DNA of 64,000 bases from the IMG/VR virus record IMGVR_UViG_3300028833_000109, positions 32,350 through 96,349 of that record, one strand, 5' to 3'. This stretch comes from a virus (lineage: Duplodnaviria > Caudoviricetes). The position numbers and the translations under genes are program-made. The notes below the pieces were generated by a model. The model had not been told where the DNA came from, did not search any database, and saw nothing but the letters and a program-made list of their open reading frames with translations. This document shows, piece by piece, positions 9,399-18,161 of this stretch; positions within the stretch are counted from its first letter, which is position 1, and the number at the start of each line of letters is the position of its first letter.

Positions 9399-9431
9399 AA
9401 AGAAAAACAGCCTACATTTTGAATGTAAGCT
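9399..9431 (-). terminator. intrinsic terminator or attenuator just downstream of promoter 9467
   Basis: minus-strand hairpin AGCTTACATT-CAA-AATGTAGGCT (one G.U) followed by GTTTTTCTTT. Confidence 0.6.
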
Positions 9432-9466
9432 ATTATTTTGTGCCTAACATATATCCGATACAGTAA

Positions 9467-9474
9467 CAAAGTTA
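9467..9474 (-). promoter_or_regulatory. Bacteroidota -7 promoter element
   Basis: TAACTTTG on the minus strand; no clear -33 element. Confidence 0.55.
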
Positions 9475-9514
9475 CACGGCCCCACGGCCGTTATTAGGCG
9501 AAATTTTAAGTATT

Positions 9515-9557
9515 AAAAAATTTGGGGCCCGAAAAATTTTCAAGCCCCAAAAATTTG
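9515..9557. terminator. terminator after ORF 9572..9781
   Basis: aaatttggggc...gccccaaaaattt inverted repeat with A/T runs on both sides. Confidence 0.6.
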
Positions 9558-9571
9558 TGAAGGGAAAAATT

Positions 9572-9781
9572 TTAGTCGTTATCAAAAACTTTTTTCACAA
9601 AGCAATACCAAGTATATAACCAGGCACACGAAACAGCGAGGAAAAGAAAAATATTTAACCAGCCGTGATAATTAATAAGGTCTGCAATATAACCGGTAAT
9701 TAAACCGATAACAACCATATTATACAGGCAAATGAAAAACACATGAATTAACGCACATGTATTGTTAATTAACTTTTTCAT
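9572..9781 (-). CDS. small two-TM membrane protein
   Basis: 69 aa with two hydrophobic segments. Confidence 0.55.
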   Translation of the reverse strand: MKKLINNTCALIHVFFICLYNMVVIGLITGYIADLINYHGWLNIFLFLAVSCAWLYTWYCFVKKVFDND

Positions 9782-9837
9782 AGTCTCTAATATTGTGGCC
9801 TGGGCCGCGTCGATGCAAGCCCAGGCCGGGTAAATAA

Positions 9838-10623
9838 TTACAATCTTTCAACGCTGTTGAAGGTACATAAACCGCGAATATTATCCGAAACAACTTGAAT
9901 AATTTCGGACTCGGTGTAAAATCCAGTGAGGGCAATAGCTTTTGCCATGGTACCAAGTGAAGTCAAAGAAAATTTTGCTTCACCTTTAAAATTAATCATT
10001 TTGCCAATTGCATTGCGTTTCATTGAATAGCTTGCAACCGACTTAATAAGATTGCTAACTGTGACGCTGGCAGGCTCAATAAAGTAGCTTATTTCGTCGC
10101 TCAATGTTTGGCGGGTGTAACCGCTGTTTTCGTCGTCGCTACTGTGATAGATATTCACAGAATTACCAGTAACTAAATTGTCACGATCTAAACAGGCATT
10201 ACCGCAATAGTTAAGAATATCATTCTTTAACTCGACATTGCTGTTAATGTGGTTAATAAACTCATCGACTGTGATAGTGTTTGCAGCATCCTTTTTCGCT
10301 TGCTTGATAGTCACTTTAATAACCGACTCATTGAGGCCGGCGGCCTTGAGGGCGTTACGCGTCGCAACTTCATCAAAAGCGACGCCCGCGGGAGTAAACG
10401 ACTCAAAATGTTTTCTCAGGGCCTGAATTGTTTTAGCTTTATTCATTTCGGCCAACTCGGCGTTATCAACCTGGGCAGCAGTCCCGGCGCCCTTTGCATC
10501 GCTTTTTGTAGTCGTATTGTCGTCGATCTCGACTACTGGCAAATTATTTGCCGGGTTAATCACTTGAGGATCGGCGCTACTTTGCACCGCGTCACTCGTT
10601 TTAGTTAATTTACTCATAATCAA
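9838..10623 (-). CDS. hypothetical immediate-early protein
   Basis: 261-aa ORF directly downstream of a full consensus promoter. Confidence 0.7.
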   Translation of the reverse strand: MIMSKLTKTSDAVQSSADPQVINPANNLPVVEIDDNTTTKSDAKGAGTAAQVDNAELAEMNKAKTIQALRKHFESFTPAGVAFDEVATRNALKAAGLNESVIKVTIKQAKKDAANTITVDEFINHINSNVELKNDILNYCGNACLDRDNLVTGNSVNIYHSSDDENSGYTRQTLSDEISYFIEPASVTVSNLIKSVASYSMKRNAIGKMINFKGEAKFSLTSLGTMAKAIALTGFYTESEIIQVVSDNIRGLCTFNSVERL

Positions 10624-10666
10624 TACTTTATTTAAAATGTTAATAATATATGTATCTAAACATCTA

Positions 10667-10697
10667 CAAAGTTATAACAAATAATTAATATAACAAA
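10667..10697 (-). promoter_or_regulatory. full consensus Bacteroidota sigma-A promoter
   Basis: TTTG (10697-10694) - 19 nt - TAACTTTG (10674-10667) on the minus strand. Confidence 0.8.
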
Positions 10698-10730
10698 TTA
10701 TTTATATCTTTTTTTTGTGATTATTGTAAA

Positions 10731-10768
10731 AACTACTGTTTTCGGTAGTAACTACCTTTTTCGGTAGT
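10731..10768. promoter_or_regulatory. tandem palindromic operator-like sites
   Basis: AACTACTGTTTTCGGTAGT + AACTACCTTTTTCGGTAGT: two adjacent 19-mers, each containing ACTAC-N8-GTAGT. Confidence 0.6.
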
Positions 10769-11536
10769 AGTCGCAAATTAGACCTCAGGACAACAAGAAC
10801 ACACAACACGACACAGTTACACCCAGGGACATTTTAAAAGCGTCTCAGGCCGTAATATAAGGTAGTAGGCACAACAGGACACGACAGGCCTGGCACAGAT
10901 CCAGAGACAACCGGCCCAACAGTTAAACGGGATATATAACAACCTGGGCGACGTCTCACAGGATCAGACCGGCGGCACCTGTATAGCTGTGACCCCTCAA
11001 GACCTGAAACAAGGTAAACGGACTATTTCTATATGATGAGTAAATGAAGGGACAGCCAGACCGACAACGGCGGCGGCACGTCTCGACAGATCCAGACCGA
11101 TAACAAGACAACACACACGGCGCCCGGCCTGGGCTATTTCTCGAAATAAACAAGGTAGTATAATAGTCGATGATTAAAACACGACAGAAGACAGGAGAAC
11201 AAGCTACATTATATAATGATTAAACAAGGTAAAACAAGCGAGAAAACAGGAGTAAATAACAAGTGAGTAAATAAGGAAAAAAGGGAGTAAACAGACGAAA
11301 TTTGGTGCATCATTGCAGCCTGGGCGACGTGACGCGGGACACATATTTATATAGGTATATAAATCACTGCAATACTGAAAAACCGCTGAATTATTGACTA
11401 TTACACCACCGGCCCCCCAAATCGGGGAAATTGCCCGACAATGTGACCCCTCGTCGAGATTTTTTAATTTTTTCGATTTTCAATTTTCCGTTTTCCGTTT
11501 TCGGCAATCCCTTTATTCATCGGCATTCGTGACTGG

Positions 11537-11754
11537 AAATGTACCAAATTCCGCAAAAGTGCAAAAAACACGGAAAGTGGCGTTTTTCCTAGTGAAAATT
11601 CGTTAAATTACTGTTAACAATGTACTAAAACGGGGTTTTTGGGGTCAAAAATGTACCTTTCCAGTGAATGAAATTTGATTTCCACTTTTAATGTTTATTG
11701 TTTGTTTTCAATAGTTTACCTTTGTGCCGATGTACCAAATGAACAAAATGTACC
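11537..11754 (+). repeat. ATGTAC(C) iteron-like repeats upstream of the primase
   Basis: copies near 11539, 11620, 11651, 11730 and 11748 in an AT-rich tract. Confidence 0.6.
11717..11724 (+). promoter_or_regulatory. -7 promoter element for the primase operon
   Basis: TACCTTTG about 110 nt upstream of the primase ATG. Confidence 0.5.
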
Positions 11755-11835
11755 TTATTTTGGACATTGGTAAATATGATTTTATATTATTGTTTTTAGG
11801 TCGGTTTCAAAAAATTGAGGGATTCCGTGTCAAAT

Positions 11836-13272
11836 ATGGCTGATTTGGGTGTCATAGAGCGTTTAGGCGGTGAGATTCACTCGTCGTTGAACAAGCGTTC
11901 GTTGCGTAACGCCTATCAGCAGCCGAGGTTCGGTGACAGGCTGTACGGTTACCAGGAGTTGGTTATGGAGGCTTGTTCCAAGGTGTTGCGTTACCGTTTG
12001 GGTGACGTGTACTATTTTGACGGCGTGGTATGGAGGGAGTTGCCCGACATTGTTTTGGAGTCCGCTTTGAACAGGGCTTTGGTCAAGGGTGGCGTGTCTA
12101 AGAGCGATTTGGTCAATGCCAGGTCTAGGCTTATGCACAGTGCCAAGGGTGGTGCTTCTATGAGTCCTTTGATGCTGAGTGCTTCTGTGACTGCTTTCCG
12201 CAATGGTGTTTGGGATTTCAGTGACATAGACAATCCCGTGAGGCATGAGTTCTTTGACAGGATGCCTGTCGTTAGGGTGTTGCCTTACGATTATGACCCC
12301 GATGCCGTGTGTCCGATGTGGCGCGGTTTTCTCGGTTCGATACTCCCTTCGGGTGATGTCGTCAAGTTGCAGAAGTTCCTGGGCTTGGGTTGTGTTGACC
12401 GCACGAAGATGTCGAGCAAGGTCGAGACTGCGTTGTGGCTCATCGGTTCTGGTGCCAATGGCAAGTCAACGATATTCGATGTCGTGCGCGGTGTGTACGG
12501 TGCGGACAACTTGTCGTATGCTGGTTTGGACACGTTGATTGGCGGCAGTCCAGAGGCTCGTGCGAGGTTCATCGGCGGCATCGCTGGCAAGCTGTTCAAC
12601 TATTGCTCCGAGGTGCAGGCCGATGACATGACGAAGTACGCCGACACGTTCAAGGCTTTGTGTTCTGGTGAGCCGCAGACGATACGCAAACTGGGCTGCA
12701 ATCCTGAGACGGCTTTCGACATCCCGTTTTTGATATTCAACATGAACCGCAGACCCGTCAACCGCAAAATCGACAATGCGCTGATGCGCAGGCTGCTCAT
12801 CATCCCGTTCCGCACTACCGTGAGCGCCGAGGACATGAACGCCGAGTTGGGTAGCCAGTTGCAGGGCGAGTTGAGCGGTATCCGCAACTGGATGCTTGAA
12901 GGGTATAGGATGCTTGTGCGCGACAACTTCAAATTCACGACATCGAAAGTCTCCGATGAGCAGATGACTGACTACTTGCTTGAGAACGGCCAGACGGTCC
13001 AGGTGTTCTTACAGAGGTCTGGTTTCTCGCCTAACCGCAGGTCGGGTCACTGGGAGGATAGGATGCAGTGGGTTAGCGCGTCTGAACTGTACGCCGATTA
13101 TGTTAGTTTCTGCGAGCGCTGGGCTCAGGAGCCTGACAACCAGAGGGCGTTCGGCGGCGAGATGACCCGATTGGGCTGGAACGACATGTCTGGTAACCGC
13201 AAAAGGACATCGGCGGGTTATTTATACGGAATGTTTTGTGATGACAAAATCAGTTATGCGTTAGATATATGA
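11836..13272 (+). CDS. D5/P4-like primase-associated SF3 helicase
   Basis: D5_N-like FRNGVWD and YDPDAVCPMWRGFL; Walker A GSGANGKST; motif C-like FNMN; RRLLIIPF. Confidence 0.85.
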   Translation: MADLGVIERLGGEIHSSLNKRSLRNAYQQPRFGDRLYGYQELVMEACSKVLRYRLGDVYYFDGVVWRELPDIVLESALNRALVKGGVSKSDLVNARSRLMHSAKGGASMSPLMLSASVTAFRNGVWDFSDIDNPVRHEFFDRMPVVRVLPYDYDPDAVCPMWRGFLGSILPSGDVVKLQKFLGLGCVDRTKMSSKVETALWLIGSGANGKSTIFDVVRGVYGADNLSYAGLDTLIGGSPEARARFIGGIAGKLFNYCSEVQADDMTKYADTFKALCSGEPQTIRKLGCNPETAFDIPFLIFNMNRRPVNRKIDNALMRRLLIIPFRTTVSAEDMNAELGSQLQGELSGIRNWMLEGYRMLVRDNFKFTTSKVSDEQMTDYLLENGQTVQVFLQRSGFSPNRRSGHWEDRMQWVSASELYADYVSFCERWAQEPDNQRAFGGEMTRLGWNDMSGNRKRTSAGYLYGMFCDDKISYALDI

Positions 13273-13730
13273 TAGTTAAGATTAAGAAATTGAGTGACGC
13301 GGCGATCATGCCTACAAAAGCGACGCGAGGCAGTGCCGCATACGACCTTTATGCCCCTTGCGACATGCGCGTCAAGCCTGGGAGACAAATCATCGACATG
13401 ATGTTCGCCATCGAGTTGCCGTTGGGTTATGAAGCGAAGATTGAGCCGCGCAGCGGATATTCGTCAAAGGGTTTCGCGGGTTCTGCGGCATCCGACATGG
13501 AACCCGACATGCGTTTCGACTGCGACGTGCTTTTAGGCAAGATTGACAGCGACTACAGGGGACCTATCGGTGTTATTGTCAACAACAGGGATAACGCTTT
13601 CTTCATCAAGCGCGGTCAGCGCATCGCGCAAATGACGATATACAAATCCGAAGACGCCGATTTGCGCGAAGTAGATGAACTGTCGGACACCGAGCGAGGC
13701 ACCGGCGGTTTCGGCCACACGGGCAAGTAA
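13269..13730 (+). CDS. dut: trimeric dUTPase
   Basis: motifs AAYDL, PRSG, GKIDSDYRG, RIAQ, RGTGGFGHTG. Confidence 0.95.
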   Translation: MIVKIKKLSDAAIMPTKATRGSAAYDLYAPCDMRVKPGRQIIDMMFAIELPLGYEAKIEPRSGYSSKGFAGSAASDMEPDMRFDCDVLLGKIDSDYRGPIGVIVNNRDNAFFIKRGQRIAQMTIYKSEDADLREVDELSDTERGTGGFGHTGK

Positions 13731-13749
13731 CTTTAAACAATATACGACT

Positions 13750-14157
13750 ATGAGCGAAAAAGAGAACGACAAGAGGGCGAAATGCCCAGTTTGCGGAAGG
13801 TTCTGCAAACAAGAGGCCGTTGACAAGTACAATGGCTTGCTGAACGAGCGAGTGCGCATCGCGAAAGAACTCGACGGCGTTGCCGAAGAGTTGGGGGCTG
13901 TGCGCAAGAGCCTCGTTGAAGCGCAAAACGAGATGGTCAAGGCCAAAAAGACGGCGAAAGACTACGAAGACCTGTACGTCGACACGCGCGGAAGGCTCGA
14001 CCAAGCCTGCGCCGATGTGGACAAACTCCAGGAGAAGCTGGCCAAGTCGGGTGCAGACCTTGTTTCCATGCAGAGCGAGTGCCTGCGTCTGAGCGCCGAG
14101 AACGAGAGGCTGTACAACCGCAACCTCTTGGAGAGGATTCTGAACAAACGAGTATGA
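13750..14157 (+). CDS. coiled-coil protein with N-terminal CxxC
   Basis: CPVCGRFC followed by long heptad repeats. Confidence 0.65.
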   Translation: MSEKENDKRAKCPVCGRFCKQEAVDKYNGLLNERVRIAKELDGVAEELGAVRKSLVEAQNEMVKAKKTAKDYEDLYVDTRGRLDQACADVDKLQEKLAKSGADLVSMQSECLRLSAENERLYNRNLLERILNKRV

Positions 14158-14178
14158 ACCATAAACATCAATTTTATT

Positions 14179-14406
14179 ATGAGCAAGATTTTAGTTGGGC
14201 GCAACGCCCCGAAGGAAGTTGAGGTGGGCAATTCGCTCACGAGAGCCGCCAAAAAAGAAGACGCAGATGCCGAAGAGAAGGAAGAACTGGCTCAAGCGCC
14301 TGTCGAAGTTGAGCAAGTGGACGCTGCTGAAGAGGGTGATGCCGATTCATCCGAAGAGAAGGCGCCCTCTGTTAAGGGACGAGGCAAGAAACGTGGCAAA
14401 GCGTAA
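14179..14406 (+). CDS. small acidic protein with basic tail
   Basis: 75 aa, ATTATG start, ends KGRGKKRGKA. Confidence 0.6.
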   Translation: MSKILVGRNAPKEVEVGNSLTRAAKKEDADAEEKEELAQAPVEVEQVDAAEEGDADSSEEKAPSVKGRGKKRGKA

Positions 14407-14420
14407 GACGAGATACCGCT

Positions 14421-14795
14421 ATGAGTGACCAGATCAGTGTTTGCGTAAGCGTTGACATTCCAGTCGGTTTCGTCGAGAAGGCCGTAAAGGACTTGTCCCA
14501 TGCGGCTCAAGAGAGCGAAGAAGCCTTAGATCGCGAAAAGGAGGTCTTCCAGAGTCTTGATGCCAGCATCCTTGAATCGGGCATCCTTGAGTACTTGAGG
14601 CAGAATTACAGGCAAGGAAAGAGGTTTGCCGTCGGCGATGATGTGTACTTCATCCGTGACGGGGCAGCTTGCCACGACAGGATTTCCGACGCCATCTTCT
14701 TCTTTGAGGGTGGTGGTGTCGGCAAGAACGAGAGCGAGTTATTCCGTTCGATGGATGAACTTGTCGAACACCTGAAAAAGAACGTGCATGGATAA
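14421..14795 (+). CDS. hypothetical protein
   Basis: 124-aa ORF in the operon. Confidence 0.6.
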   Translation: MSDQISVCVSVDIPVGFVEKAVKDLSHAAQESEEALDREKEVFQSLDASILESGILEYLRQNYRQGKRFAVGDDVYFIRDGAACHDRISDAIFFFEGGGVGKNESELFRSMDELVEHLKKNVHG

Positions 14796-15288
14796 CAGGA
14801 GAAAAATTCCGTTCATTAAGCCCGCAAGGGTGGGGAACTACAAGGTCTGGCGCACGAAAGTCACCGCAGGCAAAGGCAAGGACAAGCTCGACATCGAGCA
14901 AATCTGCGTCAGTGACCTTGAGGGGCTTTGGCAGACCAAGGTGCCGCAGACAAGCGAGTGTTTCGCCATGCTGACCGAACTTTACGCTGACGAGCGCAAC
15001 AACGGCGCGTTGTCGAGCATATTCACCAACATGCTCGCCATGTCGTCCATCTACAACGGTTATTTCCACCGTGCCGTGCAGATGTGCATGTCAGTGTACT
15101 TCAACCCAGATTTGCTGCGCAAGAAGAAAGAGCGCAAAGACCTCATAAAAGAGGCAAAGAGGCTCGCTGACGACTTTTTGCAGTGGCGGGAAGCATACGA
15201 TGCCCAAGCCAAAGAAAACGCCCCTACGGAAGAGCAGGAGCGTTCTGATGAGGTCTTGGAGGAGATGCTTAATGAAGTCGAAGAATGA
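14788..15288 (+). CDS. hypothetical protein
   Basis: 166-aa ORF overlapping the previous stop. Confidence 0.65.
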   Translation: MDNRRKIPFIKPARVGNYKVWRTKVTAGKGKDKLDIEQICVSDLEGLWQTKVPQTSECFAMLTELYADERNNGALSSIFTNMLAMSSIYNGYFHRAVQMCMSVYFNPDLLRKKKERKDLIKEAKRLADDFLQWREAYDAQAKENAPTEEQERSDEVLEEMLNEVEE

Positions 15289-15326
15289 TGTTGCTTTTTT
15301 TCCCATTTGGCTGAGAGTGTCGGAGT

Positions 15327-15908
15327 TTAGGCTTCGGCGCTCTTTTTCTTGGCCTTTTTGATGATGGGTTGAGCCATTTCGATGATGCGCCCCATCTCGA
15401 CTGGCCGTACCTGGTCTTTCTTTGATGCCGTTTCGTTGTATGCGAACAAGAAGGGGCATTGGTTGCATTTCAAAGGGAAGAAGAAACTGATGCTCTCCGT
15501 CGCATCCGCTTCCTCGACATCTTTCTTATATCCCATGATGTCGGCATATTTCATCAGTCCTTCTATGCGCTCTTTGCTGTCGTTGGGCTGTTTCAAGGCG
15601 GCTGTCATAATGAGTTTCGCCGTCTTGCGCTTGTCGATGAGTTCATCTTCTCCGTCAACGGGCAAATGGTCGCTCATTCCCTGCTGTTCAAGCCTTGCCG
15701 ACAGCGCACGTTTATATCCCGCTTTCTTCAGCGTCTTTTCCCTTGCGTCACGCATCTGGAAAGTGCTCATGGGCATCATCCCGTTGTATGCGATAGCGTA
15801 TGCGTCGTTTTCCGAGTAGCCGATGCCAACGAGGTCGGCCATAATCATGTCGCGCACCGATGCGCCGTATTTTTTCGCTTTATCTTCTAAATTCTTTGAT
15901 ACGTCCAT
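15327..15908 (-). CDS. putative terminase small subunit
   Basis: N-terminal helical region with DAYAIAY (resembles the TerS HTH); last gene of the packaging operon. Confidence 0.4.
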   Translation of the reverse strand: MDVSKNLEDKAKKYGASVRDMIMADLVGIGYSENDAYAIAYNGMMPMSTFQMRDAREKTLKKAGYKRALSARLEQQGMSDHLPVDGEDELIDKRKTAKLIMTAALKQPNDSKERIEGLMKYADIMGYKKDVEEADATESISFFFPLKCNQCPFLFAYNETASKKDQVRPVEMGRIIEMAQPIIKKAKKKSAEA

Positions 15909-15912
15909 ATAG

Positions 15913-16788
15913 TCAAATAATTACATCGTTAATACTGTAAACGGGTATGGCTACGCATTGGCAGTGATAATGTCTTGGGGGCAGTGCATCAAACTCGTCA
16001 AGCGTGTGAAAGCCGCAATAACTGTCGCATAAATCGCACAAATAATTGCTGCCCCTCATCACTATGAAACCCGTTATGCCGTCATCTTCCTCGAAGTCGA
16101 GTTGCTGGTTGTGTTTCCAGGCCAGTTGCAACGTATGTTTCGCCATATTCACCACGTTTGTGCTGCCGTTGTTCGATATGCCGACCGCTCCGTACTGGAT
16201 TCCCCTGCTGCGGATGTATGTCGCCGTGAACTCCTGCCACTTCTTGAACGCTGAACGTACTTCGGGCATGTTGTAGATTTGATGCAGGTAAGTCTTGATG
16301 CGTGTTGATGCCTGTGCCACGTTAAGCCCCGCATAGCGCATCGCTGCGATAGCCGCTTCCCAGTCCTTCATCATCTTGTACATGTAGTTCTCAAGCGTGT
16401 CTTGCAGGTTGCGGTCACCTTTTCCGAGCAACGCTATCCATGCCGCGAGTATACTCATGCGGTCGCGGTCATCGGTGACGCGGGTGGAGTATTCGTAGAT
16501 GAGGTTGAGTATTGTTTCCTCAAGTTCGTCCATCACATCGGAAATCTCGCTCATCATGTCCTGGTTGAAACCGCTTGAGAAATAGAGCAGTTTGGGATCA
16601 ACATCGTATTTGTAGCAGATTTCAACGACGCGCACCGCACCAACGGCGATAACATCGTCTATGCGCTGTTGCAGCACTCCTGCGTATTGCTCACGTTGCA
16701 GGATGAACTGCTTTGCCGCTTTGATGTCATCGTCGGTCGGAATGCGGTATTTCGTTGTGTCGAGTTTGATGTTAATCGGTTGTGCCAT
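15913..16788 (-). CDS. MuF/gp7-like minor head (morphogenesis) protein
   Basis: C-terminal C-x2-C...PP-x-H-x2-C-x-C signature (CDLCD...PPRHYHCQC). Confidence 0.75.
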   Translation of the reverse strand: MAQPINIKLDTTKYRIPTDDDIKAAKQFILQREQYAGVLQQRIDDVIAVGAVRVVEICYKYDVDPKLLYFSSGFNQDMMSEISDVMDELEETILNLIYEYSTRVTDDRDRMSILAAWIALLGKGDRNLQDTLENYMYKMMKDWEAAIAAMRYAGLNVAQASTRIKTYLHQIYNMPEVRSAFKKWQEFTATYIRSRGIQYGAVGISNNGSTNVVNMAKHTLQLAWKHNQQLDFEEDDGITGFIVMRGSNYLCDLCDSYCGFHTLDEFDALPPRHYHCQCVAIPVYSINDVII

Positions 16789-17401
16789 TATATCCAGTCT
16801 AATGTTGTTTGGTTGTAGTCGGATTTACGCCAACAAAACCATGCGTAACTGACTGCACTCCCGCCGTGTTTACGCATATAGTCGAAGTCAGCGTTTTTTG
16901 CGCATAAGACCCTCTCGATGCACTGTAAAACCTTGACGGGGGGGTAGTTACGAATATCTTGTCATACCTTCCCTTGCTCTCAAGGAACGTCGTTTTGAGG
17001 AAAAGGCAGACCAGCGAGCCTTCGGGAACGAGTTCGAGCGAGTGCAAGACCCAAGGAGTAACCACGGAATATGGCGGGTTTGTCACGATGGCGAAGTCGC
17101 CCTCAAACGGCGGTTCGGTCATCGCAAAGAAGTCCTGCACATCGCCGTAGCCTCGGTCGATGAGGTCGTAGGACTTCACCTCATGACCGAGTTCGGTCAA
17201 TCGTTTGGATAGGCAGCCAGTGCCGCAGGCAGGTTCAAGTATCTGCTTCGGCAGGTCGATTTTCTTCTTCAAGAGGTCGATGGCAGACCAGTGGGTAGCG
17301 TAGAAATCGTGTTTCTCACGTTCTTTGTCGGTGTGGTTGCTTGCGCCGAGCATCTTGAAGATGCTGTTACCATTGCCAGTCCAGTCTTTGTTTTTTGTCA
17401 T
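16788..17401 (-). pseudogene. N6-adenine DNA methyltransferase, frameshifted at a C7 tract
   Basis: DFYAT, LEPACGTG and NPPY motifs; the expected C-terminus (..GSAVSYAWFCW..LDWI*) lies in the -1 frame after the tract at 16938-16944. Confidence 0.8.
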
Positions 17402-18161
17402 TGATTTCGTCATTTATGCGTTTCTTTGCGATTTCGTGATATTCTGGCTCCTTTTCTATTCCGATGAAGTGTCGGTTTTCCCTTATTGCTGCGACCAGAG
17501 TGGAGCCAGAGCCAGCGCAGAAGTCGAGTATTACCCCCCCCGCATCGGTGTAAGTCCTTATTAACCAACTCATTAGGTTGATTGGTTTTTCGGTTGGATG
17601 GAACGATTTGCCAGTCGGATGGAGTTTAGCGACGCTTATGATGCTTGTCGGGTATTTCTCGTCACTGATGATTGTCGGCGTTTCGATGAAATTTCCGTAG
17701 CATCGGTTCTGCGTCGGTTTCTCCATGTTGCCCTTTGAGTGGTTGCGCCTGTGCGGTTCGCACTTGACCATCTGCGGGTTGTATGTCGGTTGCTTGCGGT
17801 AGAACACAGCAATATCCTCATGTTGCCGCAAAGGTGCGCGTTTAGCGTTTAGAAAACCTGTTTTCAGTTTCTTGTCCCACACAAGCGAGTAGCGGTAGTG
17901 TTTCTCGTTTGAGAGGATGAGTTTAGCGGTGAACACTCCTTGACCAAACAACACGATTGCCCCGTTGTCCTTGATGATGCGCTCTAACTGCTTCCACATT
18001 GAAGCAAGCGGGATAACGCTATCCCACTTTGCGCTTGTGTTGCCTTTATTCAAGCATCCAAATGGCGGATCGCAGATGATTGCGTCAATGCTCTTGTCGG
18101 GTATTGACGGCATGATGTCGAGGCAATCGCCGAGGATTATTTGGTCAAGTTCAATTTGCAT
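17367..18161 (-). CDS. beta-class N4/N6 DNA methyltransferase
   Basis: GDCL, DPPF, HPTEKP, ILDFCAGSGST and FIGIE motifs; start MQIELDQ at 18161; in-frame G8 tract at 17534-17541. Confidence 0.9.
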   Translation of the reverse strand: MQIELDQIILGDCLDIMPSIPDKSIDAIICDPPFGCLNKGNTSAKWDSVIPLASMWKQLERIIKDNGAIVLFGQGVFTAKLILSNEKHYRYSLVWDKKLKTGFLNAKRAPLRQHEDIAVFYRKQPTYNPQMVKCEPHRRNHSKGNMEKPTQNRCYGNFIETPTIISDEKYPTSIISVAKLHPTGKSFHPTEKPINLMSWLIRTYTDAGGVILDFCAGSGSTLVAAIRENRHFIGIEKEPEYHEIAKKRINDEINDKKQRLDWQW

